Under the pieces are notes generated by a model. That model was given only the letters and a program-made list of their open reading frames with translations, did no database searches and was not told the DNA's origin. Position numbers and translations under genes: made by a program. From Octopus sinensis (Eukaryota), in NCBI RefSeq assembly GCF_006345805.1, contig NC_043004.1, forward strand, positions 56,606,001-56,670,000: a stretch of 64,000 bases of DNA. The letters are read 5' to 3'. Every line of letters starts with the position of its first letter. Position 1 is the first letter of the stretch. Below, one piece after another: positions 39,093 to 52,599 of the stretch.

Positions 39093-39633
39093 ATTGGTCA
39101 ACAAGTTGATGACGTCTAGCTCAGCTAGAATGGACAGGATACAAACAGGGGACAGTCATTAGTCAGAATATTGATGACGTCCTTTTCTGCTTGAATAGTC
39201 ACCTAACAAGTACAGACAGGGGGCAGATCTAATGTAGCTATAAGTCGTGATTGGGCAGAATCTGCATGACGTCCCGTTCTGCTTGACTAACGAAGCGACT
39301 GGTCAGGACAGGAAACAAACAAGAGGCAGTTATAATGCAGCGATTGGTCAAAATAATGATGACGTCCCGTTCTACTTGACTAACGAAGCGACTGGTCAAA
39401 ACAGGAAAACAAACAAGAGGCAGTTATAATGCAGCGATTGGTCAAAATAATGATGACGTCCCGTTCTACTTGACTAAAGCCACCTAACGAAACGATTGGT
39501 CAAAACGTTGATGACGTCACGCTACGCTGAATTGACCACCTAACAGGCATTATAAAACCGAGCACTTCACAAAACTCATTAGAACCACCCAGCGAACATC
39601 CACCATGGGTCATCACATTTGCTTAAGGTAAAA
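39093..39633 (+). promoter_or_regulatory. Putative Pol II promoter: 6x (inverted CCAAT-N12-CRE), TATA box, Inr-like site, Kozak ATG, splice donor
   Basis: ATTGG-N12-TGACGTC at 39093, 39158 (ATTAG), 39250, 39343, 39437, 39495; TATAAAA at 39551; TCATT at 39576; CACCATGG at 39601; AG|GTAAAA at 39628. Confidence 0.65.
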
Positions 39634-39996
39634 ATGAATTCCTCGCTCTTTCGGAAACATCAATCTTCTGTATTGACCGCTTTCCACCACTTTGATCTGT
39701 TTTTTGTATTGAATACGTATCGCCACCGTGGGCCACTGCATCGAACACTTTGAACATATACTTCAAACTATATATCAACTATACATGAACTATATATCAA
39801 CTATACATGAACTCTAAGATGTCTGACTCCGTTGTGTATTATAAATGAATTTTTTGTGTTTGACGGCATGAGCTGTCTGTTTTTATATATAACTTTTTTT
39901 GATAAAGTTCATTTCAGGAACTGAAACATGTTATAATGTATATATATAAAAATTAAAAATTGTATAATACAGCAGCATTTTCGAACTTCATTTTTT

Positions 39997-40038
<42 letters not shown>

Positions 40039-40504
40039 AATAAAAAGTGTATAATTTGCTATAAATATAGTAAATTTCTTGAGTGAATGCAGCAAACTGA
40101 TGAAAATAAATAAACTGTTTGTAGCAAGGGGGAAAGAAGCGTGAAATAACGAAACAGACGTTCCCCAAAGATTTTCACCTGCTTCCTGTTGCCAAATAAC
40201 TATATATTGGAATTTGTTTGAACCGTAACAAAGATTATTATGTTTGTGAACTTTTATCACTATATTGTATACTTTTGTGGTTTGTTTTTGCAATTATCAG
40301 CCTTCATCATGTCTCCAACCGAATATTGGGTCGATAATGGAAGATAACTGACATAGTTTTAAGATCAGTAATGAACAGAGTATGGTATGACTGGCTTTTG
40401 TCTTCGTGTGTTGATTAAACATTTTCACTTTCTAGCTAGGAAAATTGCGGCTGCATCGATATTAGTCTGAACTGATTTCTGATTTGGATGAATAAATTTT
40501 CTGT

Positions 40505-40622
40505 ACGTATATCTGTATCTATAGCTATAACTATATATATATATATATATAACTATACCTATATATATAACTATATCTATATATATAACTATATCTATAT
40601 ATATAACTATATATATGTATAT

Positions 40623-40667
<45 letters not shown>

Positions 40668-40810
40668 TATATAGGTATAGATATAGGTATAGGTATAGGT
40701 ATAGATATAGATATAGATATAGGTATAGATATAGATATATATAGGTATATATAGGTATAGATATATATGTATACATACATACATACATATATAGATAGAT
40801 AGATACATAG
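40505..40810. repeat. Compound array of (ATAACT..)/(ATAGGT)/(ATAGAT) units within (TA)n
   Basis: direct inspection. Confidence 0.9.
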
Positions 40811-41147
40811 ATAGCGTCATTCGTTTCACATAGGTGTTTTATATAATTTCTTAAGGTGCTTTATTTATATTTTATATTGATTTTATAACTCAGCAATGAT
40901 TGTATTTCTCATGAATTTGATTAGTAAAAAACAAAAAAACCTCTGTGATTTTTTTTCTGTAATATATGTATCACCTTTGAAGATACTACAAGAATATTTG
41001 AAACATAATTGTGAAACTTTTATATTCATGAATTAATTTCTCGGTTTGTGTTAATCTGTATATGAATGCGCGCGTACCCATACACACACACGTATATCTA
41101 TACACGCACACATACACACACACACACATATATTTATATATATTATA

Positions 41148-41440
41148 AGGGCGGCGAGCTGGCAGAATCGCTATAGCCCAAGGCTATATGAGAAGACACC
41201 AGCTCCAAGGCGCCACGCAGTGGGTCTGAACCTGGAATCGTGTGGGTTGGTAAGTAAGATACTTACTACACAGCCACTCCTACGTGTGTTTGCATCCCAG
41301 TGTCATAGCCAAAGAGTCTCAACGAATAAATAGTAAATTTAAAATGTAGTACTGAGGTCGAATCATTCCGCTAAACATTCAAGGCGGAGCCCCAGTAGGG
41401 CCACAATCTAATGAATGAAGCAAGTAGAAGGTAAAAGATA
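41148..41440 (+). mobile_element. Rearranged or old SINE material
   Basis: gggcggcgagctggcagaatcg head as at 13232; degenerate tail aaggcggagccccagtagggccacaatctaatgaatgaagc. Confidence 0.65.
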
Positions 41441-42596
41441 TATACGTATGTGTGTGTGTGCATGGACATATAGAAAGTTAAAACAACATCCAGAAAAGCA
41501 AGGGATAAGTTCCTGTTCAGTTTTTAAGACCATTGTATGATTTGAGATTCCTAACTATTTTTCATTCTTGTCGATTGTTTGTCCACACTGTTTTGATGTG
41601 GTTAATAATCTGTCTACGTTTCTCACACTCACATATTACATTATTACTTGCTTGCTTCTCCAACGTAGAGAGATTACATTACGCCATCTTGATATTTGAC
41701 AATCTCAAAGATATGGTTACAATTTGTAAAGGCTAAAATATTTGTATATTTAAAAAAAATAAGTATATAAGAATTCAAAAACCGTAAACGTGAGGATCAC
41801 AAATATTTTGTATTCACATAATACATTTATATTCATATGGAAGCTAGTGACATAAAGCGAGACACGCACATATAGAAATATATATCTTTGTGAAGCTGTG
41901 CACGAGGGGACGTGTGCGTATGTATATCTTTCTCAAAAGTTGTAATTTACTATAACGCTTCTCATAGATTGTCAAAGAAGTAAGAAACTCTGTATGAACT
42001 GCACTGTAATTAATCATACGCATCGGACGAATAAATGAACACAAATACGCTTACTGAGGTGCCATTCTCGCAATTGTACATACAAATATATTTGAATGAA
42101 TAAATAAATGTTATTCATTCATGTTAACATAATATACCAAGTAATTCTTTATTAAACCACAACCGTGTGTGCGCGTGGTTATTAAAATGGTGCTCATGCA
42201 AACCTTCATGAATACACTAGACATTCACGTCACGTAACTGTATATAGTTCTGCACACTTGAACAATATGTGGGATAACAGATTAACCAAGCAGTATTCTA
42301 CTGTAACAATGTGATAAGCAAAGCTTTTATGATCGCACAAAATACACGATGCAAAATGATACCAAAGTTACAAATACAAAAAATATGAAGAACACACTAT
42401 TGTGATGAACACGGATATCGAATAAGCTAAGCAAAAAAAAAAATTCTGACAAAATATGACATTTTTTTACACAAAAGAACTTTAATAAATATATACTTAT
42501 ATCATCATTTATGTTTAGCTAGTAGCCAGTTATATATCTATGTCTCTAAGTATCTAACTACACCTCCTGTCTCGGAATATAAATTTTATATATATA

Positions 42597-42641
<45 letters not shown>

Positions 42642-43553
42642 CAGAGAGTGAGAGAGAGAGAGAGAGATAGTGAGTTAGAGAGATAGATAGATAAAAATAT
42701 GATGTATAGAGAATAGTTTTTTAACATGAGTAGATTATAAAATCGGAAGTAGAAAATGGACTTGTGGTTTTCAAATGTAACCTGAAATGTACGAGCATGG
42801 AATTGAGTTTCTCTGACCAGAATTTGCAAATTGCTGTGATTTCTTGTTATAATGAAGATCACTACATTTCTTGTATTCTACAATACGGTTAGGTGTGTTT
42901 CAGTGTATAGAAATGGAGTCGGGGCGTAAGAAATATTCAGATCTGTTGGATATATGCCATAGAATCGTAAAAACTTTAACTTCAATAACAATGCCTTCTG
43001 GATTTCAAAATTACGATCCACGAAGTATACAAGAAACTGTCACATATTTTGGTAGTATATAAGATACTAGCTGACCACGTGCCGTCAATAATGACCGTTA
43101 TTTGTTTTTTTTGTTGTTTTTTTTATATAAATTAGATACAAAATATGATACATAATAATCACACATGCAAACATTCACATAAGTCCCTTGTAAACGCACA
43201 CACATACACACACATACACTCTCACAGGGTTGAAACGCTGACTTTTCACCCCTTCTTTCCTTATTCCTCTATCACCCCTTCATTTATCTCATTGTTATTA
43301 CTTTCTCTTACTGCCTCTCAGTCAGGGCTATTACTCTCACTAATTTTCCTTCACTGAATTACTATTTTATCCCCTCCTCCGCGACCGGCAGGATTCTGGA
43401 CAAAAAAAAAATATATATACGTAAAAAAATACAAACTGGGACAAGAACGCAAAACATTTAGAAGACGAAAGAAAAAACACGGACGGGACATTCGAAGCCT
43501 TCAATCTTCAGTCAAGAACCGGATCATCCTCGCAATTTCGGTTGATTAATCTT

Positions 43554-43591
<38 letters not shown>

Positions 43592-45037
43592 CATGAGGTA
43601 GTATTAAATTTTCTGAAACACAAATTCCAATTGCTTCTATAAATGTAGACCCACATCAGAATGCACTTTCGGAGAAAGTATGGCTGCTTACAACTGTTTA
43701 ACATAAAGGAGCTATTCCTACCCTTGATACAAATAGGAGTGTACGAGCAGAGCTGAAAAGTTCTTGACTTTGGTAAAAGAATATACAGATGACCAGTTAA
43801 TTATGATTTTACTCAACATATTACCCTCTCAGATTCACATACTTATTGAGGGCTGCAACATTACATGGTTTAACATTGTGATGGGCCAAAACACCAGTAT
43901 ATTTCACTAGCAAAAACAAAATTAGGTTGAATGTTGCTAGAAGCATTATATATAAAACATTATATCACTCAGTGGACTATTTTTTATTACCAATTGAACA
44001 TTACGGTTAAACAAAGGATAAATATCTATTTAGCAATATAATCATTATCAGATTGAGAAGCTATCTACTAGTATCTTTGTGGGTAATTTCGTTCAGAATT
44101 TGACATATTCTGTAACAAGCGTGCTACAAGCGCAAAGTTGAACATTCAACTCCATCTCAGGAGGATTACAAAAATTACATTTTATTCTAATATAATTTCA
44201 GCAAAACAGAACGTTCTGTTTGCACCGAATTACGACAAATGGGCAGGCAATCAATTCGGTTTTAAGCAAGGGATACACGCATGCACACATACACACACAA
44301 CCGCCCCGCTTATATGCGAAGTCCAAGTTTGTATTCACTATAAATAGCTATAAATAAGCAATGTCGGTTTTGCTTCTTTAACAAGTGTCATTATCACTTA
44401 TCAGATCGATGTCAGTTTTACTACTTTTAGACGGTAAAATCTACAGTAAAACCTTTTGTTCGAATACTTGAACTGAGGATAAAATATTTTGTCTATGAAT
44501 AAAAAGTCTTATAGCTTATACTTCATTTACACACGCACACATATACGTAAATATAATATGCATATATACACAGACTAACATGTACTCATGCACACGAAGA
44601 GGTATATGTTGATACGTATTTATCTAGAAACAAGGGAAATTAGATGACAGAGCAAGATTATATATCAAAGAAGCAACGTTATATACAGCTCATAAAATGA
44701 ATTGTGTTAAGTTCAAGATGTTATTAAGGGCAAATATTATGGTGTGGAATTTTATACTTTCTTGAAATACAAATTTAATTAAACTGGCTTATAAATGAAT
44801 ATGAAATATATATATCATGTTATATTAATGAATACCAAAGAATTTTGAACATTCGCTAATGAAGGTTTATTTCGATAAGTTAGTGATATTTGAATGTGAC
44901 TTATAGTTTTAATTATTGGCCACTCTAAGTGTTATAGTTTTAAACGCAAATTTATCATAGTATTTTAATTATATTTTAGGTTAATTTCGACAAAATTAAT
45001 AATCTATGTATGTTCTTAAATAATTTTCTACTTACTT

Positions 45038-45440
45038 AGGAGTGGCTGTGTGGCAAGTAGCTTGCTTACAATGGTTCAGGTTTCAAGTAGCTTGCTTACA
45101 TGGTTCAGGTTTCAGTCCCACAGCGTGGCAACTGGGCAAATGTCTTCTACTATATCCTCGGGCCGACCAAAGCCTTCTAAGTGGATTTAGTAGACGGAAA
45201 CTGAAACAAGCCCCTCGTATGTGTGTATACGTTTGTGTGTCTGTGTTTGTCCCCCCAACATCGCTTGACAACCGATACTGGTGTGGTACGTTCCCGTAAC
45301 TTAGCGGTTCTGCAAAAGATACCGATAGAATAAGTACTAGACTTACAAAGAATCAGTCCTGGGGTCGATTTGCTCGACTAAAGGCATTGCTCCGGCATGA
45401 CCACAGTCAAATGACTGAAACACGTAAAAGCGTAAAAGAG
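45038..45440 (+). mobile_element. SINE of the 530-944 family with a ~27-bp duplication in the head
   Basis: caagtagcttgcttaca.tggttcaggttt twice; tail cacagtcaaatgactgaaac. Confidence 0.85.
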
Positions 45441-45459
45441 TTACTTCAGACAGAAAACA

Positions 45460-46592
45460 TTCTTGAAGCATAGGCGCTTTTGATTATGAACATGATAAAA
45501 AAGGACCTTCGCTTACTTTTCTTGCATGAGTTCAAGCTTGGTCAAAATGTCTCCCCAACTGCTGCCAATATCAACAGAGCATGGGGAGAGGGGTCCACAA
45601 GTGATAGCGGAGTACGAAGGTGGTTTCAGAAATTTTGTAGCTGTGATGTGAGCCTTGAAGATGAAGAAGTTAGAGGACGGTTATGCAGTCTTGACTATGA
45701 ACAATTGAAAGCAATTATTGTTATTAACAAAACCCACGCGTCAGAGGAATGTCTCAGACACTTAGTGTCGGTGTTGCAATGCTCTCACACAATTTGCAGA
45801 AGATTGGTTCGGCGTAAAACCTCGATAAATGGGTGCCGCATGAGCTCAATGAGAATCAGCAAGTTCGCTGTTTTGAAGTGTGCTCGATGCTCTTTCTGTG
45901 AAACACCAATGATCCTTTTCGTGACCGAAAAGTCACTTGTGACAAAAAGTGGATTCTTTATGATAACTCTAAAAGATCGGTCCAATGGCTTGATCGTGAT
46001 GAGTCCCCCAAATATTTCCCAAAGCCAAAGTTGCATCAACAAAATATTATGGTGACTGTCTGGTGGTCTGCAATTGGTGTTGTCCATTACAGCTTTCTGG
46101 AAGCCAATCAGAGCATTACAGCAGAGATTTACTGCATTCACCTCGCTTAAATGAATGCTCACTTGCAAAAAATGAGACCTGCAATAGGTGAATCGGCGTG
46201 GCCCAAAATCTACTCCAGGATAATACAGATCCACATGTTGCAAGAATGACGCTGCAGTAACTCAAAGGCGTGGGATAGGAGACTTTACAACATCCTCCAT
46301 ATTCACCTGATCTTTCACCTACGGACCATCATTTTTCAAGCATTTAGACACGTTTTTAAGTGATAAAACTTTCGGGTCTAAACCAGAGGTGGAATCAGCT
46401 TTCAAAGATTTCTTAGCATGAAAGCCAATAAGTGTTTCATCAACGAGGCATAAATAATCTCTTTGATCGATGGCAGAGACGCATAGATGTTCGCAGCTCA
46501 TACTTTGACTAACCAAAACCTTTCTGTTAATTTTTCCAGAATATAATTATGTTTCTGAAAACGGCCTTTATTTTTGGAACAACCAAATAGTA
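45460..46592 (+). mobile_element. mariner element (DD34D type), disrupted transposase, right TIR present
   Basis: LRLLFLHEFKLG..A.NIN.AWGEG...VRRWFQKF; later frames give KWI.YDN, HPPYSPDLSPTD, YFD*; terminus ggaacaaccaaatag-TA. Confidence 0.9.
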
Positions 46593-46616
46593 TGATACGT
46601 ACTGACAATAACGTCG

Positions 46617-46656
<40 letters not shown>

Positions 46657-46748
46657 GAATTAAATAAGGGTAGAAATTGATATTAATCAATTAAAACCAG
46701 TGGCCTAGCATATTATTTCAAAAATCCGAAGATTAAAAGTTTTATACA

Positions 46749-46980
46749 TACAAAATTTAGAGGAATGACCACTAATAGTGGACAACCTGTATGCTAGATA
46801 TAGACGTTAATGGGTTTTTTTATTTTTTATTTTCGTATATTTTCATTTGTCTTATTTTTAAACTTTGGTTTTTGGTGAAGTTTTTTTGAGAACACATTCT
46901 TCGTGGTAAATGGCGAGTTTGACGTCTATATCTAGCATACAGGCTGTCCACTATTAGTGGTCATTCTTCTAAATTTTGTA
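46749..46980. repeat. 59-bp inverted repeat (2 mismatches) with 114-bp T-rich spacer
   Basis: 46749-46807 vs 46922-46980. Confidence 0.9.
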
Positions 46981-46999
46981 TATATATATATATATATAC

Positions 47000-47635
47000 A
47001 CATACATACTTACATGGTTTTGAGTGCTAAGAAGTTTGTTTTCTATACACGTGATTCCGAGTTCAGTTCCATACTATGCCAAATTTCTTCTACTATACCT
47101 CCGGGCCAATTAAAGCTTTGTTAAAGGATTTCGCTGACGGAAGCAAATAGCCTGTTGTGTGTATGTGTGTACGTGTGTGTGTATCAAGGAGATTATTTAT
47201 GCCCCGTTGATAAACACTTATTGACTTTGATGCTAAGAAATCTGTGAAAGCTGATTCCACCTCTGGTTTAGGCCTGAAAGTTTTATCACTTAAACACATG
47301 TCCAAATGCTTCAAAAATGATAGTCAGTGAGTGAAATATCAGGTGAATATGGAGGATATTGTACGTATGTACGTGTATATATATACATCGAAGTTATTTG
47401 CTGTACGCATCATACTATTTGGTAGTTCCAAAAATGTGTGTGTGTATGTGTGTGAATGAGTTTGTGCGTGTGTGTGTGAGTCTTTGCCCCACCTTAACAC
47501 ACATCGCTCCATAACTATGTTAGTTTGTTAATGTCCCTATATACTAGCGGTTCGGTAAATGAAACCGATAGAATAATAGATTTATAAAAGGAATATTTCT
47601 GAGGTCGATTCTTTCGACAAGCAGCTTCAATGACA
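47000..47635 (+). mobile_element. Old SINE whose central microsatellite holds two inverted mariner-derived pieces
   Basis: SINE motifs at 47055-47150 and 47530-47615; 47184-47357 resembles rc 46292-46467; 47387-47435 resembles rc 46570-46618. Confidence 0.7.
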
Positions 47636-49920
47636 ACAATAATTTTAAAAAATTAAGTTATACACCATTTCTTATATTGTTTCTTCGTCCTGCACACACT
47701 CTACCGCTTTTGAAGATTAGAAGAACCTTATGATACTGTTTGCTTCGCTTTCTATATTACTGAAATGCTTCGTCGTGTTGTCACCATAAAGGGAATACGT
47801 ATCTGTTAAGACATTTTGTAGTTTGAATTTTTTATCTTGAGAACAATCTACGGCATTGAAGAGAATTCTGTCAAATACAGTTGCCTGGAGAAAGCCTGAA
47901 GAGCTTTTACTCTAAGCACAGCGATAAGGCTATTAACCCAAATATATCAGCGTGCAATACCGATAATTCCTCGTCGCAGAAATTAACAACGGTATATTAT
48001 GCACCTCAGTGTTTTCAGGTCAGTTGTCGCCTGAGCTATTAAATAATTATCAACTAAATAATTCAAAATAATAACATGGAAATAAGTTACTCAACTATAA
48101 CATTTCAATTTATAAAAGCTGTATATCTTTATGCAAGCCAAAATGTTACTTTCCTTGGAAATACGAACCACTTATATGTAAAAAATAAATCTAGTAGTTG
48201 GTTTTTCAGAACTAATTCGACACCTTATTGGTAAGCTTTCAGATTTAACTCATCAGGTACAGTTCGATCGATTACTTCTTGTAGTCATTGTACGTATTTT
48301 AGTCATGTACAAGAAACCTGGCTTCGTTTTACAGTACATTTTGAGGGAAAATATGTCATCGATATATATGCTAGATATAGAAGCCAAATAATCCCAAAAT
48401 CATGTTCTGACATCTTAAAAAGAATGGAAGTATTCAGAAAAGTAATATGTTGTTCTAAATTTTCTCAAAAGAACAGAATGATCCTAGCTAGAATGTCTGT
48501 ATTCATAGATCTGCTCCCCTACACTAATAATCATTCTCGCAACAATAGGAAACTCTCCACGGGAGTTAGACATAATTGTAATTGAGTCATTGAATACACC
48601 ATACAGCTGCGAGTGCTAAGGTTACTGGTTGACTGCTTATTTTAGTTTGTCGAGAATTAAAAAAATTTTTTTTCTTTATCCATCATTTATTTATATTGGG
48701 TGGTTGCTAATGTAACGGCTGGAAGCATTTTCAGATATCAAGCTGTGATGCATAAGCGTCTGTCACCATAAAATCTGCGCTGGTAATTTTGGTAACTCAT
48801 TTTTTTTTGTCTTTCATCTCCTACACCATAAACAATCACTACTGCCATTATCATCATTAGCATCATTATCATTAGCATCATTATTTTCACCCTTCACCCC
48901 CAACACCAGCACAGTCATCATCGTCGTCGCCAACGCCACCACTACCATCACCACAAGAGCCACTGCTACCCACACCTCCGCATCCATCACCATAACCAAT
49001 ATCACCATTGTGTGATCATCATCAGCTTGCCTAAATCATCAACTAAACTACAGGGTCTTATTCGGTGACTTAAACATAAAAGCTAAACTCACTTCCCAAG
49101 GCAAAAATCATATCCATTAACAAAAAAAAACAAAACAAAAAAAAACAACAAAAAAAACACCACTAAACTCGCTCAACGAATTCCCCTGCAGAAAAAAAAA
49201 GAAACAAACCAAAAAATTAAAACAGAGAAATACATGAAACCAAGAAACAAAAATTATTTGTTCCAACGAAAGAAATTATCTATAGTATTTTATGCTCTCC
49301 TTGTGTACATAGAATTGATTTTGAAAGCATCAATTATATGGCTTACATCTCTCGTATATAGATAAGTGGCAATTTATAAACAACGTTAGATCAACGCCAA
49401 CACTCAACATGCTATATTTCCAACAGGTTTACTTCATGTTTTCATGTCTTTTATCGCATTCACACATGACTTATTAATACTTTCCTTTGAATGCTTATGT
49501 ATATCATTCATACTGCAAATTTTCTATTGGGATTGTAGTTCTGGAAAGAAGTGGTCCTGGTGTTTTTAATAATCATGTTATGCTATACAGTTATTGTTTA
49601 GTTCAGATATTATGTGTTAGATACGCTATTTACAAATATTTGTTGAGACTTGTACTGATAGTGTTCGTTATATTCTTCGAATTCAATTTTAGTCATCTTG
49701 ATAATTTAATAATATAAACTGGAAGTGAAACAAAAGAAAGAAACATCAACAACGAAACTGTTTGCAAGTGTGTTAGACTGGAAAAAGACAGAACTTACTT
49801 AGAGAGCTTTACTACTTGTAGTTTATAAGTGTACACATACACACACACACACACACACACATCCTAACTTATATATATACAGATATATATGTATATATAT
49901 ATATATATATGTATATAAAT

Positions 49921-52075
49921 GTGTCCCAGAGAGAAAGGCCACTATACACAAGAACCAAATCCCCAGAGAGAGGAAAATTTTAATGAGACGGCGCACAAAA
50001 ATTTCAAATCGCCTAAACAAACAAATTGAAAGCAGTGAAAAGTCCCGCCTGAAAATAAAACTGTTGGAAATTGAAAAATGTCTGCAACTCTCCCATGAAA
50101 AGGAAAGAGCAGACAAAGAAGCCTGGGCTATAGACAACATAAAATCTAACCCCAGAGCTTTCTACAGGTATGCCAAAGAAACAGCTACGGTGCACTGTAG
50201 GATAGGGCCACTCCTTGAAAAGGATGACACACTCACAGGAAATCCAATGAGGGTAAGTGAAATACTGAATGAGCAATTCAAGAGTGTTTTCACTCCACCC
50301 CTTGGGCATTTCCAAATCACCAATCCAACTGACTTCTTTACCACTGCAGATATAAAATCAGAGGCAGCGATGATAGATTACATCAATATAATGGAAGACG
50401 ATGTAATAAAGGCTGTAGATGAAATGAAAACAAACTCAGCTACTGGCCCCGATGGATTCCCGGCAATCCTCTTAAAAGTATGTAAGAGAGTCCTAGCAAG
50501 ACCACTGCAGTTCCTCTTTCAGAGCTTCCTTGCAACTGGCAAACTTCCAAGAAAACTGAAGGAAGGTAAAATATGCCCCATTCATAAAGGAGGTAGCAGA
50601 GCGGAGGCCAAGATCTACAGACCTATCTCTCTGACCTCACACATCAGCAAGGTCATGGAACGAATAGTCAGAAGGAAACTGATCACCTTCCTTGAAGAAA
50701 ATGACTTGCTGCCTGACACCCAACATGGTTTCCGACCAGGAAGAAGCTGCTTAACTCAGCTCCTACAACACTATGACTGGGTGCTGAAACGACTGCTCAA
50801 CCACACAAATGTGGAAGTGATATATCTCGACTTTGCAAAGGCCTTTGATAAAGTCGATCATGGAATGATAAGTCACAAACTGCGTGATCTTAGCATAGTT
50901 GGAAAACTGGGAGAATGGCTTCATGACTTTCTGAAGGATAGAAGTCAGATGGTAGTAGCCAATGGGGCCACTTCCATTAACACGCAAATAGTGAGCGGTG
51001 TTCCGCAGGGCACTGTTTTGGGACCACTACTGTTCATAATGGCCCTCTCAGACATGCCCTCAGCCACGCAGAGAGCCACGATCACAAGTTATGCAGATGA
51101 TACAAAAGTTTCACAGGCAATACAGAACCCTGAGGACACTAAACGCCTGCAATGTGAGCTGGACAAAATATACAAGTGGGCTGAAAAGAATAGCATGCAG
51201 TTCAATGCTGAAAAGTTTCAAGCTTTATGCTATCAGCATGCAAAACTAAATGCAATACCCAATGAATACACTGGACCCGGAGGAATTGCAATCCCAGAGG
51301 CACAATCAGTGCGTGACCTGGGTATTTACATGAGTAATGACGCAACCTTTCGTGTACATGTTGCTAAATTGGCAATGAAATGTAGACGACTGGCCGGATG
51401 GATTCTTAGAACCTTTAGAACAAGAGAACAAGAAACCATGATGGTCCTCTGGAGGACACTTCTCCTAAGCCACTTTGACTATTGCTCTCAGCTATGGTCA
51501 CCATCCAGTGTCAAGTTGATCACAGAACTTGAGGCGATCCAACGTAGCTACACGAAGAAGATAGCCTCTGTTCAGCATATAAACTACTGGGAAAGACTCA
51601 AGAGATTAAAGCTCTATTCCTTGGAGCGTAGACGAGAAAGATATGCCATAATATACATCTGGAAGATCCTGGAAGGACTTGTCCCAAACTTTGGCATCGA
51701 GAGTTACACAAATGCCAGAACTGGGCGCCACTGCGTGGTGCCAATTATTCCAAATTTGCCATCAAGATGTAGGACAAGATACTGTAATAGCCTGGGCTTC
51801 CGAGGCCCACAGCTCTTCAATATCCTCCCGAAGAACCTAAGAGACCTGCATTGGGTGGATGCAGATGTCTTTAAAATGAAACTGGATCTCTTCTTGTCAG
51901 GTATCCCAGATGAACCAACTTCAAGGCAGGAGGTGCAGATGGGTGCAGAGGAGGGCAGCTGCATCGAACTCTCTCAAGCATTCGTGAAGTAAAACCATGC
52001 AGCAACACCAGATGGTGGTGCCCCAGCATGGCCACAGCTCGTGAGCTGAAACTAGATAAAATAAAATAAAATAAT
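49921..52075 (+). mobile_element. Young 5'-truncated CR1-group LINE with stem-loop 3' end and (TAAAA)n tail
   Basis: 669-aa open frame; tail ggtggtgccccagcatggccacagctcgtgagctgaaactagataaaataaaa; (TA)n on both sides. Confidence 0.95.
49983..51992 (+). CDS. LINE ORF2 RT region without endonuclease
   Basis: [62 protein letters not shown]. Confidence 0.92.
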   Translation: MRRRTKISNRLNKQIESSEKSRLKIKLLEIEKCLQLSHEKERADKEAWAIDNIKSNPRAFYRYAKETATVHCRIGPLLEKDDTLTGNPMRVSEILNEQFKSVFTPPLGHFQITNPTDFFTTADIKSEAAMIDYINIMEDDVIKAVDEMKTNSATGPDGFPAILLKVCKRVLARPLQFLFQSFLATGKLPRKLKEGKICPIHKGGSRAEAKIYRPISLTSHISKVMERIVRRKLITFLEENDLLPDTQHGFRPGRSCLTQLLQHYDWVLKRLLNHTNVEVIYLDFAKAFDKVDHGMISHKLRDLSIVGKLGEWLHDFLKDRSQMVVANGATSINTQIVSGVPQGTVLGPLLFIMALSDMPSATQRATITSYADDTKVSQAIQNPEDTKRLQCELDKIYKWAEKNSMQFNAEKFQALCYQHAKLNAIPNEYTGPGGIAIPEAQSVRDLGIYMSNDATFRVHVAKLAMKCRRLAGWILRTFRTREQETMMVLWRTLLLSHFDYCSQLWSPSSVKLITELEAIQRSYTKKIASVQHINYWERLKRLKLYSLERRRERYAIIYIWKILEGLVPNFGIESYTNARTGRHCVVPIIPNLPSRCRTRYCNSLGFRGPQLFNILPKNLRDLHWVDADVFKMKLDLFLSGIPDEPTSRQEVQMGAEEGSCIELSQAFVK

Positions 52076-52181
52076 ATATATATATATATATATATATGAA
52101 TATATATCTATAAATCGATATATATATGTGTGTAGATACAAGTGTATAAATATACGTATATGTATATATGTTTATATATAT

Positions 52182-52231
<50 letters not shown>

Positions 52232-52444
52232 GTTATATATATATACATATTTATATGTATATATGTTTATATATATATACATAATACATATATATATATG
52301 TATATATGTTTATATATATACATATATACATATATAGATGTATATATGTTTATATATATATATACATATATACATATAATATATGTATATATGTTTATAT
52401 ATATATACATATATACATATATATATATATATGTTTATATATAT

Positions 52445-52506
<62 letters not shown>

Positions 52507-52599
52507 GTTTATGGATTTGTGTTTCAAGATTCCTTATGTGAAACTGTGTGTTGAAAGAGATATATAGGGATGTTACTTTTTTTCTTTTTACCAAATAAG

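Larger units (their letters stand above)
38031..39990 (+). mobile_element. 5'-truncated PLE (Neptune-like), beginning at a (TA)n array, with ~1-kb 3' terminal repeat
   Basis: KPTDSKQYLPFDSCHP, VPFCLARRI, NRNYP, KCGRPNCGIC, FTCASENLIYVITCAGCNRQYIGHT..L.NR...H, FIKKFRPSLN; degenerate hammerhead at 39899-39932. Confidence 0.9.

Noticed and set aside
39280-39470. CRISPR-like repeat array
   Set aside because: Eukaryotic retroelement context; these are tandem duplications without unique spacers or cas genes.
43485-43520. CTGAAGA in the 8011/43425 repeat family as a hammerhead
   Set aside because: No GAAA-stem III-UH arrangement downstream.
43743-43850. Possible mariner terminal sequence (tacgag...gaaaagttc)
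   Set aside because: No partner TIR or coding sequence nearby.
48225-48262. CTGATGA gttaaatct GAAAGCTT on the - strand
   Set aside because: No stem I or stem II pairing.
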